IMG/VR virus record: IMGVR_UViG_3300032288_003949
Location: 1 to 64,000 of that record
Origin: a virus
DNA: 64,000 nt
Reading direction: 5' to 3' (one strand)
Shown: positions 44,017 to 52,650 of the stretch, piece after piece
Layout of the letters: every line of letters begins with the position of its first letter
Position numbering within the stretch: position 1 is the stretch's first letter
The notes under the pieces: model-generated
Told to the model about the DNA's origin: nothing
The model's input: the letters and a program-made list of their open reading frames with translations, nothing else
Databases searched by the model: none
Position numbers and translations under genes: made by a program

Positions 44017-44544
44017 ATGAAGATCTCTGTCAAGAACTACAAGGTCGTCGCCGAGCTGTCCGAAGAGACAGAGTGCTACACGGCGACCATCTACATGGAT
44101 GGGAAGCGCATCGGCAAGGCTTCCAATCGCGGCTCCGGCGGGCCGGACGAGTACCTGTTCGACTCCCGCGAGTTGTCGGACGCGTTCTACGAGTATGCGA
44201 AGGAGTGGGCTGCCAGCGATGCTGTGCAGAGCAACCCGCTCTACCGCTACGAGTTCGATGGTGAGTCTCGCTGCAGCGCCGACGCGGAAACTCTGGTGCA
44301 GGAAGCTTGCGCCAACTTCCGCCGTGTGCGGGATGCCAAGAAGGTCATCAAGAAGGGATATGCCGGTGTCGTGCGGTTGGAGGCGCAGGAAGGCTGGCAG
44401 CTTCTCATCCGCGAGTTCCATCTGCCGGAGGGGTTCGATCCTGCGGAGTGCATCGCTGCCGAGGCTTCGCCGGAGGATGCGGTGTTCGTCTACACGCCGG
44501 AGAACGGCCTTGAGAACAGGAGCGCATGGGAGGTGGTCGCATGA
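44017..44544 (+). CDS. conserved phage hypothetical protein
   Basis: SEET.CYTA.IY.DGK......N.GSGG pattern; promoter and SD. Confidence 0.75.
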   Translation: MKISVKNYKVVAELSEETECYTATIYMDGKRIGKASNRGSGGPDEYLFDSRELSDAFYEYAKEWAASDAVQSNPLYRYEFDGESRCSADAETLVQEACANFRRVRDAKKVIKKGYAGVVRLEAQEGWQLLIREFHLPEGFDPAECIAAEASPEDAVFVYTPENGLENRSAWEVVA

Positions 44545-44798
44545 GGGGCTGGGAAGGCGCTCAGTTCGCCGTTGCCGATGAAACGCTCCGTGTCGGAGAC
44601 ATGGTTCTGTGGCGCGGATCGTGGGGTCAGGGGATTGAGCAGGAAGCTCGCGTGACCCACATCGACTCCACGCAGAACGGGGAGAAGTATGGGATCCCTG
44701 TCGACGATGTGCGTTGGGGCGAGGAGTTCGTCGTCATTCTTGACAACGGACATTGGGCCTACTCGTATCAGGTGGCCCCTGCCGAGGTGGAATCATGA
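44541..44798 (+). CDS. hypothetical SH3-like protein
   Basis: LRVGD.V.WRGSWG...LDNGHWAY. Confidence 0.65.
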   Translation: MRGWEGAQFAVADETLRVGDMVLWRGSWGQGIEQEARVTHIDSTQNGEKYGIPVDDVRWGEEFVVILDNGHWAYSYQVAPAEVES

Positions 44799-45025
44799 TC
44801 CGCGACAAGACGCAGCTTCTTGAAGATTGCGCGGGCAATCGTTCGGCGGCTGCCCTTCGCATGGCGGCTCAGTTGGTCGAACAGGGCTTCCGGCCCCTTG
44901 AGGCATCGTATGTCGCTGCCGAGGTGTTCGACATCGACTCGTTCGCTGAGCGGCGGCGGCTGGATCGTGCTGTCCAGAGCTTCTCTGAGATGGAGCACCG
45001 CCAGGTTGTAGGTGCTGGGCTATGA
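44795..45025 (+). CDS. hypothetical protein
   Basis: ATGA overlap. Confidence 0.55.
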   Translation: MIRDKTQLLEDCAGNRSAAALRMAAQLVEQGFRPLEASYVAAEVFDIDSFAERRRLDRAVQSFSEMEHRQVVGAGL

Positions 45026-45291
45026 GGCGCGTCGCTCCCAAACCAATCGATCCGTGCATTGAGTGCGGCGAAACCACCGTCGCATTTATCGGCACCAAAT
45101 ATGTCGGCATCGATCGCACTCCTGCCAACGGTGGTTGGCTCTGCGGGGCCTGTGGTGGCTACGAGTGTGACGAGTGCGGCAAGCCCATCGGTGTGGACGA
45201 GGAGGTTCGGGTCGGCGTTGAGCGCCCAACGAATTTCCACGACACTTGCCACGATCCAGAAAAGCATGGCAAGGCCGAATATGGCGCTTGA
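45022..45291 (+). CDS. Cys-rich zinc-finger protein
   Basis: CIEC, CGAC, CDEC, HDTC. Confidence 0.65.
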   Translation: MRRVAPKPIDPCIECGETTVAFIGTKYVGIDRTPANGGWLCGACGGYECDECGKPIGVDEEVRVGVERPTNFHDTCHDPEKHGKAEYGA

Positions 45292-45332
45292 GTTTCTGCT
45301 AGTGTGTTGCGACCCGACCAAGGAGGAAGTTC

Positions 45333-45932
45333 ATGCCTAACCATTGTGAGAACATTCTGACCATCGCTGGCCCTGTTGAGGCACAGCGTGTGTTTCAGGA
45401 GGCCGTGCGCGATGTCGATCCGCCTCGGGAAGAAGACCTGCTTGGCGAAGTGAGCAACAATGAGGAGCTCTGCTTCTCGCTTGAGCGGCTGGTGCCGACT
45501 CCGCCCTTCATGAACGACCATGATCTTGCCAAGCGGCTGGGTCAAAAGCTTGGCGCTGTGAAGCGTGGCCCCGAGATGCTGCCGTCGTGGTATGTCTGGC
45601 GAGTCAACAACTGGGGAACCAAGTGGGACGCTTGGAACGCTTCGTGGCGGGCCGACGACTTCGGGCTGGAGTATCGGTTCACTACGGCGTGGTCGCCACC
45701 GCGTCCTTGGCTCCACACTGTGGCTCAGATCTTTCCCGATCTCAGCTTCGCCATCCGCTACATGGACGAGGGCTACTGCTGTCATGGCTGGGGTGTCTTC
45801 AAGGGCGAGGAGTGGCGCTGTGAAGAGGTGCCGCTTGAGTTCCCCGACAACGCGGAGGACGATGACGCTTACTGGCCGACGATTGGCGACATCTCTGTCC
45901 CGTTCTCGGCCTTCAGCGAGATCGGTGCATAG
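45333..45932 (+). CDS. DUF1281/YubB ferredoxin-like protein
   Basis: MPNHCEN.L.I, WY.WR..NWGTKW, FTTAWSPP. Confidence 0.85.
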   Translation: MPNHCENILTIAGPVEAQRVFQEAVRDVDPPREEDLLGEVSNNEELCFSLERLVPTPPFMNDHDLAKRLGQKLGAVKRGPEMLPSWYVWRVNNWGTKWDAWNASWRADDFGLEYRFTTAWSPPRPWLHTVAQIFPDLSFAIRYMDEGYCCHGWGVFKGEEWRCEEVPLEFPDNAEDDDAYWPTIGDISVPFSAFSEIGA

Positions 45933-46061
45933 GCCCCCCCCGCGCCGCCAGCGGGAAACGAGGTCTGCACACGCCTGCCGATCCGAAACCGTGCCGCGAC
46001 CCTGTGAAGTGGTGGTGGTTCGGTGCAGATTCACCCTATCCACACCCTGAAAGGAGCTGTT

Positions 46062-46829
46062 ATGCCGAAGATCTCTGAGCACGATGTCGATACTGCCTAC
46101 TCCCTGCGGAAGCGGGGCTACTCATGGGAGTTCATCTCTCAGGTGCTGGGGCATTCGCGTGGCGCTCTACACGAAAGGGCGCTGCTGAAGTACCGTCCTG
46201 ATGTGCGGGCCGATGCAGAAGCAGCTTGGGAGAGGATAAGGGAGGCATATGTGGCTGGGGAGCCCAGGGAGCGTCTTCATGAGATTCTGGGTGGTTCTTT
46301 GCATGCCCTACGGGTAGCCATGAGCATGGCGGATCCTGCTTCTCGGAACAGTCGACATGTGATTACGCGGCATCGGGGCAATGACTTCACCGACGAGGCG
46401 ATTCTTGCGGCTGTCAGGGCGTGTGCGAAGGATATTGGCGAGACTCCCAGCGGATCTCAGTATGAGGCTTGGCGGGCCGCTGATCCTGAGCGGCTGAAGG
46501 CGACTCCTGGAGTTGCCACCACAACTCACCGCTTCGAAACCTGGCGGGAGGCGTGTCTCGGTGCTGGGCTCGTTCCCAAGGAGCGCTTCGATGGGGCTGG
46601 TCGGGAGCGATACTGGACATCTGAGCGTGTTGAGGCTGCCCTGCGGGATCTGGCCGAGCGGGAGGGCGGCGAGCTTCCGCCACTTCCCCGCTATCTGAGC
46701 ATCTCTCAGGGGCGCGACGACCTTCCATCTGTTCGGACCATCGTCATGCGCGTCGGAAACTGGGGGCCTGTCCGTTACGCAATCAACAACGGGCTGCCGC
46801 TCAGCGATGTCCGAGTCCCGAAGGGCTAA
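46062..46829 (+). CDS. HTH plus homing-endonuclease-associated-repeat DNA-binding protein
   Basis: N-terminal GYSWEFISQVLG HTH; two repeats FTDEAIL..PS..Y..P...RF.TW..AGL and WTSE..AL..PS..I..R.G.W. Confidence 0.7.
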   Translation: MPKISEHDVDTAYSLRKRGYSWEFISQVLGHSRGALHERALLKYRPDVRADAEAAWERIREAYVAGEPRERLHEILGGSLHALRVAMSMADPASRNSRHVITRHRGNDFTDEAILAAVRACAKDIGETPSGSQYEAWRAADPERLKATPGVATTTHRFETWREACLGAGLVPKERFDGAGRERYWTSERVEAALRDLAEREGGELPPLPRYLSISQGRDDLPSVRTIVMRVGNWGPVRYAINNGLPLSDVRVPKG

Positions 46830-47156
46830 CTTCGCTGGATATCGGGTCGCTGGGGAGTCTCGGTGGCTTTGTGTTGACTGCGCCGAGTCAGAGCACGGTG
46901 CCACAGCCGTCTGGAGCGCTCTACACGGGCTTCCAACCGATACAGGTCTAATCAGTCGTAGTGTCGGTCACATCCTGCGAGAAGCGCCCCTAGAGCGTTG
47001 CCTTCATTGTGATCGGATGTTGTGGGATCTCATCTGATCTCTGGATGTGCTATAATGCGTAGCGCAATCAGTTCGGTCTAAATCAGATCGAAATCGGATG
47101 TCAGGTTTTGGTCGACCCAAGCGACTACCTACTAATCCGATTGAGAGGAGGATCAC

Positions 47157-47504
47157 ATGAAGGTGAAAGTACGGCAGTCCGATGGTCAGGTGGTCGATGT
47201 GGATGTCGATTCCCTGCCCGTCGTCAATCCCATTCCCGACTCGGAGCTTGACACTTTTGAGCTCCAGCTTCTTCGGATGTGGGAGCGACACCTTGTGGGA
47301 AGGGTGCGGTTTGTGGAGCGCCCGAAGGAGTTGAAGACGGGTTACTCGGCGAAGGTGGTCTGCGACGACCCCGACACCGAGCTTTTCCTGCCCGCTGTAT
47401 TCCATGCGCGGATTGACGAGCGCACCAAGCGGATCCGTCTGCGGATGCGGCATGCCTGCCGGATCTCTGGCGACGAGGGCGTGTTCGGAGGCACCAATGG
47501 CTAG
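47157..47504 (+). CDS. hypothetical protein
   Basis: SD GAGGAGG. Confidence 0.65.
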   Translation: MKVKVRQSDGQVVDVDVDSLPVVNPIPDSELDTFELQLLRMWERHLVGRVRFVERPKELKTGYSAKVVCDDPDTELFLPAVFHARIDERTKRIRLRMRHACRISGDEGVFGGTNG

Positions 47505-48237
47505 TCCTAAGACTCGCTGGGAGTGTCCGAACGGCTGCGGCGCGGTCATGGGGCCGCGTCGCCCCCGCAAGGATGATGTGCGGCGCTACTGCCTGCCCTG
47601 CTCTGAGGAGTCCGGTAGGCTGGTGCAGCGCGTCGCCCCTGTGGTGGAGAAGGAGCGCGAGGCGGCTGCGGAGCGGGCTGCCAAGAAGCGGGCTGCGCGG
47701 GCTGCGCGGATCCGCGAGCGGAAGAACAAGTACACGGCGAGTGGCCCTAGCCCTGTCATGGTGTTTCCGGATGCCGCTGGCGTTGAGCACTCCGTCAACA
47801 TCCCCAAGGAGGTGCTGCGTGTTGCCAAGCGCATGAAGATCCACAAGCGGCTTGGCAGCGTTCAGGTCATTCGGCGCACTCGCGGTCGGGGGCCCAACGG
47901 TATCGGCGGTCTGTGCTACCCGCATGGCGCTCCGAACGGGCCTGCGGGCTGGCATGTCGGCGAGGGCCGCGCTCACATCACCATCTCGGTGTATCGAGGA
48001 GCGAGCTACGAGCGGTTGTGCGCCCTGATTGCCCACGAGGTCGCGCACATCCGGCAGTGCCACCACAAGAAGGCGTTCCGGATAGAGATGGCGCGGACGA
48101 TCTCTGCGGCATATCCAGGCCGCTGCGGTCGGTTGCCTGTCACGACTTCGTCGAGTGCCATGCAGACGGAGGCAGAAGAGCGGATGCGGGCTTGGGCTGT
48201 TGCTCAGGTCGCTGATCAAATCGAACAGGAGGTGTGA
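47497..48237 (+). CDS. Zn-ribbon plus zincin-like metallopeptidase (HExxH)
   Basis: CPNGC..YCLPC; IAHEVAH..HKKAF; SD GGAGG; starts MASPK. Confidence 0.7.
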   Translation: MASPKTRWECPNGCGAVMGPRRPRKDDVRRYCLPCSEESGRLVQRVAPVVEKEREAAAERAAKKRAARAARIRERKNKYTASGPSPVMVFPDAAGVEHSVNIPKEVLRVAKRMKIHKRLGSVQVIRRTRGRGPNGIGGLCYPHGAPNGPAGWHVGEGRAHITISVYRGASYERLCALIAHEVAHIRQCHHKKAFRIEMARTISAAYPGRCGRLPVTTSSSAMQTEAEERMRAWAVAQVADQIEQEV

Positions 48238-48238
48238 G

Positions 48239-48418
48239 ATGAACAAGATGGTCGATCACATGGAGGCATGTCTGGCGCATACCTACGAGGTGAAGCTCAG
48301 GGAGCTTCGCGCTCAGCGGTCGAAGGCAGCAACGGCTGCCGAGCGCACCCGTATCGACAAGAGCATCCGCGAGTTTGAGCGGCGGCTCGGCTCCGGCCCT
48401 TCAAGGGGTCGGCGCTAG
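48239..48418 (+). CDS. hypothetical protein
   Basis: SD AGGAGG. Confidence 0.55.
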   Translation: MNKMVDHMEACLAHTYEVKLRELRAQRSKAATAAERTRIDKSIREFERRLGSGPSRGRR

Positions 48419-49167
48419 TTGGAGCAGCGTTGCGAGGAGTTGGCTGTCTTGGCGGTGCCGTCGTCGTAGGTGAAGGTGCCGCTATACAGCCATCTCTTTG
48501 TGGCGCACCTTGCCTTGGCGTAGCTCTGCAGCTTCCCCTTGGCCTTCCATGTCCGGAAGACCTTCGTGCGGAACTCTATGATCGCGCTGCCCAGCGGTAG
48601 GGCTGGGATCGTCACATCCAGCACCTTGCCGTAGCCGCGTCGATTGGCGGGCTTTATTTCTCCCACCAGCGTTGTGCCAAGCGCGACGGCGTTCGTCCAT
48701 GAGTGGAGGACCAGCACGGGGTGTCCGTTGCGTGGCGGCGCGTTGAAGGCGGTGATGCTCGCGTCGAGGATCGTGTCGGTGAAGCCCGCCAGCGCGACCT
48801 TTGCATCTCCTGTCCCTACGATGCTGGTGGGGCAGGCCGCTCTTGCCATCTCTGCGGTGATGCTGTTCAGGTTTGCCCTGCAGACGGGCAGGCCGACGGT
48901 CGTGAACACGAAGTCGTTGTCGAAGAAGACCTGTGCTCTGGTCGCGGCTGCGATCCGTTCTCCTGGAGTCTCGGCTCCTGTGGTGGTCAACACTTCGATG
49001 GCGGTCTTGGTCGCCACCTTCTGCGGGTGTTTCGTCGGGCTTGCGGTTCCCCGAATGGTCTGGGTGTTGGCTAGGGCGCTGGCGGCTGCCATTAGGCCGA
49101 TGATCGCCGCGTAGACGAGCGCCATGCAGCCTACGACCAGCAGCTTGTGCTTAGTTACTTCTCTCAT
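48415..49167 (-). CDS. secreted/exported protein, host-like, with signal peptide
   Basis: signal peptide ending ASALA; PVC..ACP..S.VGTG..FN..LDV.IP..C..C. Confidence 0.7.
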   Translation of the reverse strand: MREVTKHKLLVVGCMALVYAAIIGLMAAASALANTQTIRGTASPTKHPQKVATKTAIEVLTTTGAETPGERIAAATRAQVFFDNDFVFTTVGLPVCRANLNSITAEMARAACPTSIVGTGDAKVALAGFTDTILDASITAFNAPPRNGHPVLVLHSWTNAVALGTTLVGEIKPANRRGYGKVLDVTIPALPLGSAIIEFRTKVFRTWKAKGKLQSYAKARCATKRWLYSGTFTYDDGTAKTANSSQRCSN

Positions 49168-49294
49168 TGTCCCGCTCCCTTCTGTCTTGCTCCATCTGCT
49201 CGGCCCATCCGAGCTTGTGGATGAGCACGATGATCCCAAGGGCATAGAAGACGCCGCCGCTGAACCCGATCATGAAGGGCTCGGCAGCTTCCAT
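49151..49294 (-). CDS. single-TM small protein
   Basis: TAATG overlap; MEAAEPFMIGFSGGVFYALGIIVLI. Confidence 0.5.
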   Translation of the reverse strand: MEAAEPFMIGFSGGVFYALGIIVLIHKLGWAEQMEQDRRERDNERSN

Positions 49295-50004
49295 TATTCG
49301 TCGTCCCTGACGACGGTTGCGAGCTGTTCGGCGGTCGGTTTCCCACCTGCGGCCCTTGCGACTTCCATTACGGAGCGCAGCAGCGCGGGCAGGTCTTCCC
49401 TTCCCTTGTAGGTCATGTCGTCGATGCTCTCGTCCCATGACGGATCCCATTCGATTCCGGCGATGTAGTAGGCCAGCGAGTCGACATCGCCCTTCTCGGC
49501 CAGCATCCCGATCTCGTCTAGGTATCCCGCCAGCATCCCTTCGTCGATGTCGGGCGTTCGGTCGTAGGCTTCGCTCATCTTCTTGTTGTCCAGCACTTCC
49601 TTGCGTTTCCGCGCCTTCGCAGCGATGGCCTGTGCCGCTTCCCTTGTCTTGGGGACGGGTTCGCCCCATGCGTTTGCCATGAGCGCGAGTCTGGTCGGTT
49701 CGCCCTTGTCGTCGACCATCGGCCCCTTCGGGTTGGAGTAGAAGCGCGTTGCCCAGCTGATCCAGCGGCGCTTGTCTCGGTCGCTCGCTTCGCTGTAGTT
49801 CTTGACTCCAGGCCGGATGTTCTGGCCTTGGGCCTTCAGCGATCTGCGACCCGCAGCGTTCAGGCCGCCCTTCGGGTTCTTGCCCTTCTTGGTAGTCCAG
49901 GCTTCGGCTTCTTGCAGGATCTGCTCTAGCTCGGTCGGCGCAGGCTCTCTCTCGGTTACTCCGAGCCTGTCGATCAGCGCGTCGTATGCCGTTGCCTTGT
50001 CCAT
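49294..50004 (-). CDS. probable head-associated protein (DUF6321-like GKNPKGGLN module)
   Basis: AWTTKKGKNPKGGLNAAGRRS; LQEA and MSEA motifs; leaderless -10 box. Confidence 0.65.
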   Translation of the reverse strand: MDKATAYDALIDRLGVTEREPAPTELEQILQEAEAWTTKKGKNPKGGLNAAGRRSLKAQGQNIRPGVKNYSEASDRDKRRWISWATRFYSNPKGPMVDDKGEPTRLALMANAWGEPVPKTREAAQAIAAKARKRKEVLDNKKMSEAYDRTPDIDEGMLAGYLDEIGMLAEKGDVDSLAYYIAGIEWDPSWDESIDDMTYKGREDLPALLRSVMEVARAAGGKPTAEQLATVVRDDE

Positions 50005-50066
50005 GTCTCTAGGCTAGGCAGGCTTCGGGCAGTCCGGCGTTCGGACTGCTTAAGGTTTCCTAAGCG

Positions 50067-50756
50067 CTAGGGCTTGAGGTCGAGGTCGACTCGGCAGTAG
50101 CCTGAGCGGACGCCGCGATCTGGCTCGGTGCTGGAGGTCTCTACGACCGTTCCGAGGACGACTCCTGTGCTGGTGCCGCCGCCTGTGGTGGTGGTGACGA
50201 CTGCGGTGCCTGCTCCGCCTGTCAGCGATCCTGCGTTGGTCGTGAGCTGCGCGACATTGGTATCGGCCAGCGCTCCGCCGAAGGTGATCGTCCAGTTGCC
50301 CGCGCTCGGCTTGGCTACGGCGACATCTCCTGCGCCGATGTTGCTCAGCGCTTCCAGCGCAGTGTCTAGGGTCGCGGCGCTTGCGTCCCATGCGATTGCC
50401 GAGGTGGTCTGGCCGCTGAAGGTGAGGGTGAAGGTGCCGCCGGTTGCGTCGACCACGAGGGCCTGCACTTCGTCGGTGACATTGTCGCTCTGCAGGGCTC
50501 CTGTGGTGCTGTTGACAAACAGCGCGGTGCCGACCGAGAAGCCGCCTGCTACTTCGGCGACGCCTGTGTTCTGGAGGTAGAAGTCTTCGCCGTCGGCGAT
50601 CACATCTTGGTCGGCGATGAGCGAGTCGAAGCCGACGCCTTCCTGCTTCACGGCTATTCCGGCGACATTTTCTTCGATCACGGCGGTGCCGTGAGTGTAA
50701 TCTCCGCCGGAGGAGTTGTCCGTGTAGATGCCTTTGCCTTGTGTTCCGTAGGGCAT
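50067..50756 (-). CDS. second capsid decoration paralog with inserted TGGTFTLTF module
   Basis: shares MPY..G.G.Y, GIAVKQ, DxEDxxL and the C-terminal R.DLDLKP with 1533..1910. Confidence 0.8.
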   Translation of the reverse strand: MPYGTQGKGIYTDNSSGGDYTHGTAVIEENVAGIAVKQEGVGFDSLIADQDVIADGEDFYLQNTGVAEVAGGFSVGTALFVNSTTGALQSDNVTDEVQALVVDATGGTFTLTFSGQTTSAIAWDASAATLDTALEALSNIGAGDVAVAKPSAGNWTITFGGALADTNVAQLTTNAGSLTGGAGTAVVTTTTGGGTSTGVVLGTVVETSSTEPDRGVRSGYCRVDLDLKP

Positions 50757-50854
50757 GCGGCAATCCTACGCTTCTTTTTTGCGACCCTTCGATTCGGACT
50801 TTCCGCGTCCGTATGTGCTACACTGTGTAGCGCAATTCGACCTAGGAGGTTCGT

Positions 50855-51076
50855 ATGAGCACGAATGAGAAGCTCGTCGTCTACATGACGCCGGACAGTC
50901 AGGAGTTTGCTCTGCAGCTTGCCCGCAAGCAGTTGGAGAGCGTGACCGCGAGGGCGGAGATGCAGAAGCGCTGCCTGCCGACCATGACGGAAGAGGGGCA
51001 TCGGCTCGCTGCCGAGGCTTCCGATCTGGCGTTCCTGATCAAGGACCTGGAGTCGGCTTCTGGGGAGGTGGTCTGA
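50855..51076 (+). CDS. hypothetical protein
   Basis: promoter and SD AGGAGG. Confidence 0.65.
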   Translation: MSTNEKLVVYMTPDSQEFALQLARKQLESVTARAEMQKRCLPTMTEEGHRLAAEASDLAFLIKDLESASGEVV

Positions 51077-51421
51077 ATGTCCGAGGGCGTTCTGTTCACT
51101 CCACGCATCTCCGTGCATGCCAAGGGCAAGTTCGCTGGTCTGCAGATCCGCGAGATCGACGACAAGCGCATCGTGCGGGTCAACATGGAGATCAGCAAGG
51201 CCGACCGTGCCGCGCATGGCGCTCTCTCCGAGGGCGAGTCCTGCGATGTGACCGATATCCCGACGGGTATCGTGGTGCGGGTCAGGCCCGCAGCCTGTGG
51301 GCTGGATTGCTTCTGCGATGCGGAGATCACTCGCGTCGTCGACAATCCGTTCGCGGTTGTTCAGGAGGCCAAGGCTGACCACGCTCTCGCTCGTCGCAGC
51401 GCGGAGTTGGCTGCTCGCTGA
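51077..51421 (+). CDS. hypothetical protein with CGLDCFCDA motif
   Basis: abuts the upstream stop. Confidence 0.65.
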   Translation: MSEGVLFTPRISVHAKGKFAGLQIREIDDKRIVRVNMEISKADRAAHGALSEGESCDVTDIPTGIVVRVRPAACGLDCFCDAEITRVVDNPFAVVQEAKADHALARRSAELAAR

Positions 51422-51479
51422 GCTGCTTTCTGCTACCCTACGCAGGCTGCAAGTTGCGGGGGTGATGAGCAGCACGATT

Positions 51480-51503
51480 GCCCGCTTCGGCGGGCTTTCG
51501 TTT
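51480..51503 (+). terminator. intrinsic terminator
   Basis: gcccgc-ttcg-gcgggc followed by tttcgttt. Confidence 0.75.
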
Positions 51504-51659
51504 GCCTTCGGCCTGTGCTACACTTCTTCGCAGACGACTAGCCCGCCTGAGCCTTGTGTTCGGCGGGCAGTCGCCGTTCTGGGCAGATTCTTTCCATCTC
51601 CCTGTCAGGTTTCGGCCTTCTGGTGCGACTCATGTGTGTCAACTACCTAGGAGGTTCTC

Positions 51660-51920
51660 ATGACGGGATGGTGGGATGTGCGGTATCAGGGCGGCGGTCG
51701 GATCTGGGAGGAGTCGCGGGTGCAGGAGTGTGCCGCTCTCGTCCAGCAGCTGTCCGATGCCTTCGGCGAGCTTGGCTGGGAGATGCCTAACGATCTCGCG
51801 GCTGTGCTCGATGGCGGTTCTGTCCATGACAAGATGGAGGCGCGGAATGCCCTTGTGGAGTTGGTCGGGGCGGTTGCCCGCTACCGCTCTCGCATGGATG
51901 TCGCCTATCGGGGTCGCTAG
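51660..51920 (+). CDS. hypothetical protein
   Basis: SD AGGAGG. Confidence 0.6.
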   Translation: MTGWWDVRYQGGGRIWEESRVQECAALVQQLSDAFGELGWEMPNDLAAVLDGGSVHDKMEARNALVELVGAVARYRSRMDVAYRGR

Positions 51921-52162
51921 AAGCGCTTGACAAGTCGGGGCTCGGTGATGCTTTTGAGCTCCGGCCTGTCGATGTGCCTTGGCCAGCGGTTCTCCATCGC
52001 GCCGAACACGGCCCCTAGCAGCAGCAGGGCTTCGTTCAGGTGTTGCATGGCTCCGCTTTCCAGCACTCCGGCGGCTATCGTCGGGTCGCTTTCCATCAGA
52101 TCCACTAGCTCGGCAGCGTCGGCTAGGTCTTGGCTCGGCTTCGGTTCTTTCATCCTGTCCAT
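51917..52162 (-). CDS. hypothetical protein
   Basis: SD AAAGGAG. Confidence 0.6.
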   Translation of the reverse strand: MDRMKEPKPSQDLADAAELVDLMESDPTIAAGVLESGAMQHLNEALLLLGAVFGAMENRWPRHIDRPELKSITEPRLVKRF

Positions 52163-52249
52163 CGGTTGCTCCTTTCTACCTTCATAGAAGGTCGCTTGCG
52201 CTGGATTGTGTCACCTTCGGTTTCTCGGTGTCGCGCTACACTTCGTCGC

Positions 52250-52642
52250 CGGTCTATGCTAAGATGCCTTTCAGAGTCGCGGACAGGGTTTCACGCAGAG
52301 CGACAGATGGCGAGAGGGTTTAATCACTTGTCCGGCCTTTCGTCCCCCACCATGTTGGGGTATTCACGCGGCGCAACCGCATGGGGTTAGTGCGTCGGGG
52401 TTCGGTGCCACCCACGGAAGGCATCGGGACTAGGTGGCCAACCACCTTCGCCCGACCTGTCGGTAACGCAGATGGGTCTTGGCTGGGGCGGGTCGCTTAC
52501 TTCTCTCGGCGGCCCGCCCTTTTCGTTGCGCTTGTCGCAACCGATGTGTTCGTCACCACGCCGGAGGTTGCGGCGCGGGGCCACATCGCCTGATCCGCTT
52601 CATCGCGCTTCGCATCTAGGCCCGCTTCGGCGGGTCTTTTTG
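52250..52642 (+). ncRNA. candidate structured non-coding RNA(s)
   Basis: no credible ORF; TACACT at 52237 and TGCTAAGAT at 52257 upstream; hairpin-plus-U terminators at ~52485-52523 and ~52619-52642. Confidence 0.35.
52619..52642 (+). terminator. intrinsic terminator facing the TerL 3' end
   Basis: ggcccgc-ttcg-gcgggtc followed by ttttt. Confidence 0.75.
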
Positions 52643-52650
52643 CGTCTGCG

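Noticed and set aside
52250-52642. tmRNA, tRNA or group I intron
   Set aside because: No T-loop/acceptor ends or recognisable intron core.
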